Shown in pieces: positions 61,191-64,000 of a DNA stretch of 64,000 nucleotides (position 1 is the first letter of the stretch; each line of letters opens with the position of its first letter). Source of the stretch: Eledone cirrhosa (taxonomy: Eukaryota). The DNA lies in NCBI GenBank assembly GCA_964016885.1, contig OZ024763.1:5828001-5892000 (forward strand), read 5' to 3'. The position numbers and the translations under genes were made by a program. The notes below the pieces were generated by a model. That model had not been told where the DNA came from. It saw only the letters and a program-made list of their open reading frames with translations, and made no database searches.

Positions 61191-64000
61191 ACAAGAAGTT
61201 TATAATCGAATTTATTATTTAAAACCAAGTAAACTAACTTAGTATTAATTATTTAACACATTATTTTTTTTTGTTCTTTAATTAACTTGACACCGTTGTT
61301 CAAGGAATATAACTCTTGGTTAACTCTTTGCTGCAATTTGATTGGTTGAATTTGTTTTCTAACAAATTTAAATTTGTGTCCTCACATTTGTCACAATTAG
61401 CAGGTAAGAATTGGATATATTTCATTAACTAACGAATTATTAACACTAATTAGCTTGATATTACTATATATATATATATATAATTTCATTAATTAATATA
61501 TCCGAAATTTTATATTGTTGTCATAGGTGTTTATTCCAAATTACTGCAATTCTTGAAAATAGCTTGTAATTTTCGTCATAACATCATGTCTCTCACTCTT
61601 TATTTAAGGTTAAAAAGTGAGTCTTGTTACTCTGGAGTTTCGTCTGTTTATCAATTTTTCGCCTTAATAATATTGACTATTAAAACTTTACTTCAGTATC
61701 GAGTACTTCTTTCTCTCAGCCATCAACCACACATACATACATTTATAGGAAAAGAGTCAGGACCCCGACGGCTGAGTCCTGGCCGGCCGTTTCGACAGCT
61801 AGGTCCGAACTCATGTGTATATATATATCTATCAGACTTTTTCATCAGCATTTGAGTACTTTTTACACATCCTTTTTTTTTTACCATATTTCCAACAAAA
61901 TATATTATTCTGTGTTACAATTAGACTTTTGAATAATCTAAACTGTTGAAAGGTTTTATCAAAATAAACTTTTCATTGTTAGAACTTTACAAAACGTCCC
62001 TCAACTATAAACAAGATATTTTACTTTTACATGGAAAAGAGGAAGTTGGGGAAAAACCCGAACAACAGAAATTCTTACCTGCTTTAAAGCTACCTTTGTT
62101 TTATTTATACTTTTTTGCTTCCCGTGTTCTTTTTGTTTATCTCATACCTCCTCTAGTTTGTTTACTAGCTCTATACGGACGTTTGAAGTGATTAAATAGA
62201 TAAAGGTTCTTTCATAAAAGTACGATAGAAAGCTTCCCTAGTCTGTCATGACTTACTAGCTCTATACGTACGTTTAAAATGATTAAATAAAGATTCTTTC
62301 TTAAAACTACGATAGAAGGTTTAGATTTAAATATAAACATTTAAAAATGCGACAGTTTTGGGTTATCATTTTGGTTAAAGCATGGAAGAATCATTTTAAG
62401 CATTTATAAAAACGCACTCCAAAAACTGTTAAATTCACGGTAATATTGTAGAACCACCACCACCATTGATTTAATCGACTTTACCCTCGTCCCAAAATTG
62501 TTGGCTTTGGGTCTAAATCAAACCATTATTATGAACTAATATGTGTGTATGATGGGGGGGGGGGGATAAAATAAATAACAGTATCGCACTGGGGTTGATT
62601 TAATCGACTTTGCATGGTGTGAAGCGATTGAGAGTATAAGACACTCCACTGGATAGGACGCCAGGCCATCACAGGGTTAAAACCCCAGCTATTGCTGGTA
62701 CTCATTTTCAGCTGAGTATACAGGAGCAACATGAAATGAAGTGTTTTGCTGAAGAACACAACACGCAACCCAACCCAGGAATCGAACCCACGACACTAGG
62801 CCACGCTCCTCCACTTAACCTTTTAACATTTACATTACTCTATATATATTATTATATTTTTACGGTAAAAGCTTTACCTCACCTAAATATCCCACATAAT
62901 ATTGAATCTATGAGATTTTGATATTATTTATTTTGAGAACAATACCTTAACATCAGTATAAGTGGCTGGTTACAGCTGGTTTGAACAGAAAGAGGTGAGA
63001 GAGTTTTGGATGGGTATGGCCTAAATCAGAAACCATTATTAGTTCATTCTTCCAGTGTAGGGGGGGGGGGGTAAAATAAAGTACCAGTAATGCATTAGGC
63101 AGTGGATTGGCAGTATCAGTAGAGGGTCGGAGGCCATGCTTTGCAGCGTAGAGTTACAGCCCTTTATGATCTGAGTTCAAATCCTACCAAGGTAAACTTT
63201 GCCTGTCATCCTTACGGGGTCGATAAAATAAAGTACCAGTAATGCACTGGGGTCGATTTAATCGTCTTTCCCCTCCTCCCAAATTGCTGGTTTTTTGCCT
63301 ATATAAGAAACCATTATTATCAATTATCCATCAATTTCAGTGGGAAATAATTATTTTATAATTCATGTGATAATTAAATTTACCTGCAATTGATTATCTC
63401 CCCTGGAAAAAGGCAGGAACGTGGACTCTTCCTAATCCTTATTGATTTCTTAATGACAATCATCATCGTCATCATTTTACGTCTGCTTTTCCCTGTTTGC
63501 AAGGGTGGTACGGGTCCTATTCAGCACAGCACCTCTCCATTCTTCACGGTCCTTCGTCATCTCCACCCCTGATTTCGTGGTCTTGCTCTACTGGGATTTC
63601 TTGGCACTTCTTTACCCAGCAGTCATCCTCCATTCACATCACATGACCATACCAACACATCACATGACCATACCAACACATTACTTGGCCATACCAACAC
63701 ATTACTTGGCCATACCAACACATTCTTCTCCCCCAACACATTACTTGGTCGTTCACACACATTGACAATAATAATAATAATAATGGTTTCTGATTTAGGC
63801 ACAAGGCCAACAACAATTTGGGCAATTAAATCAACCCCCAGTACATTACTGGTACTTTATTTTATCGACCCCGGAAGGATGAAAGGCAAAGTTAACCTTG
63901 GCGGGATTTGAACTCAGTCCGTAAAGGGACGTAACTGTGCTGCAAAGCATGGTGCCCGACCCTCTACCTATTCTGCCAATTCACCGCCCTTGTGATAATA

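Overview
AT-rich, microsatellite- and SINE-dense eukaryotic genomic DNA whose repeat families and composition look like an octopus (coleoid cephalopod); the species call is an inference. Two convergent intron-rich genes can be assembled by hand with consistent GT-AG sites and phases. On + is the 3' part of a Kinase Suppressor of Ras (KSR) gene (C1 domain, CA4 Ser/Thr-rich region with FxFP, kinase domain; exons 4707-30044). On - is a complete 14-coding-exon RUS1/C16orf58 (RUSF1, DUF647) gene of about 441 aa (60557-38962). Almost all long ORFs in the supplied track are artefacts of tandem repeats. The least explained structure is a set of short, often palindromic elements embedded in (TA)n tracts. 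They carry type-I hammerhead-ribozyme folds (CUGANGA / stem II / GAAAY-4-nt loop-RUH), show compensatory base changes between copies and share a subterminal TTGAGTRCT motif, which points to non-autonomous Penelope-like retroelements. Also notable are a 311-codon in-frame extension of a KSR exon, minisatellites built from splice sites, and minisatellites built from the ends of TTAA-type transposons. All coordinates were read by eye; repeat boundaries are approximate.
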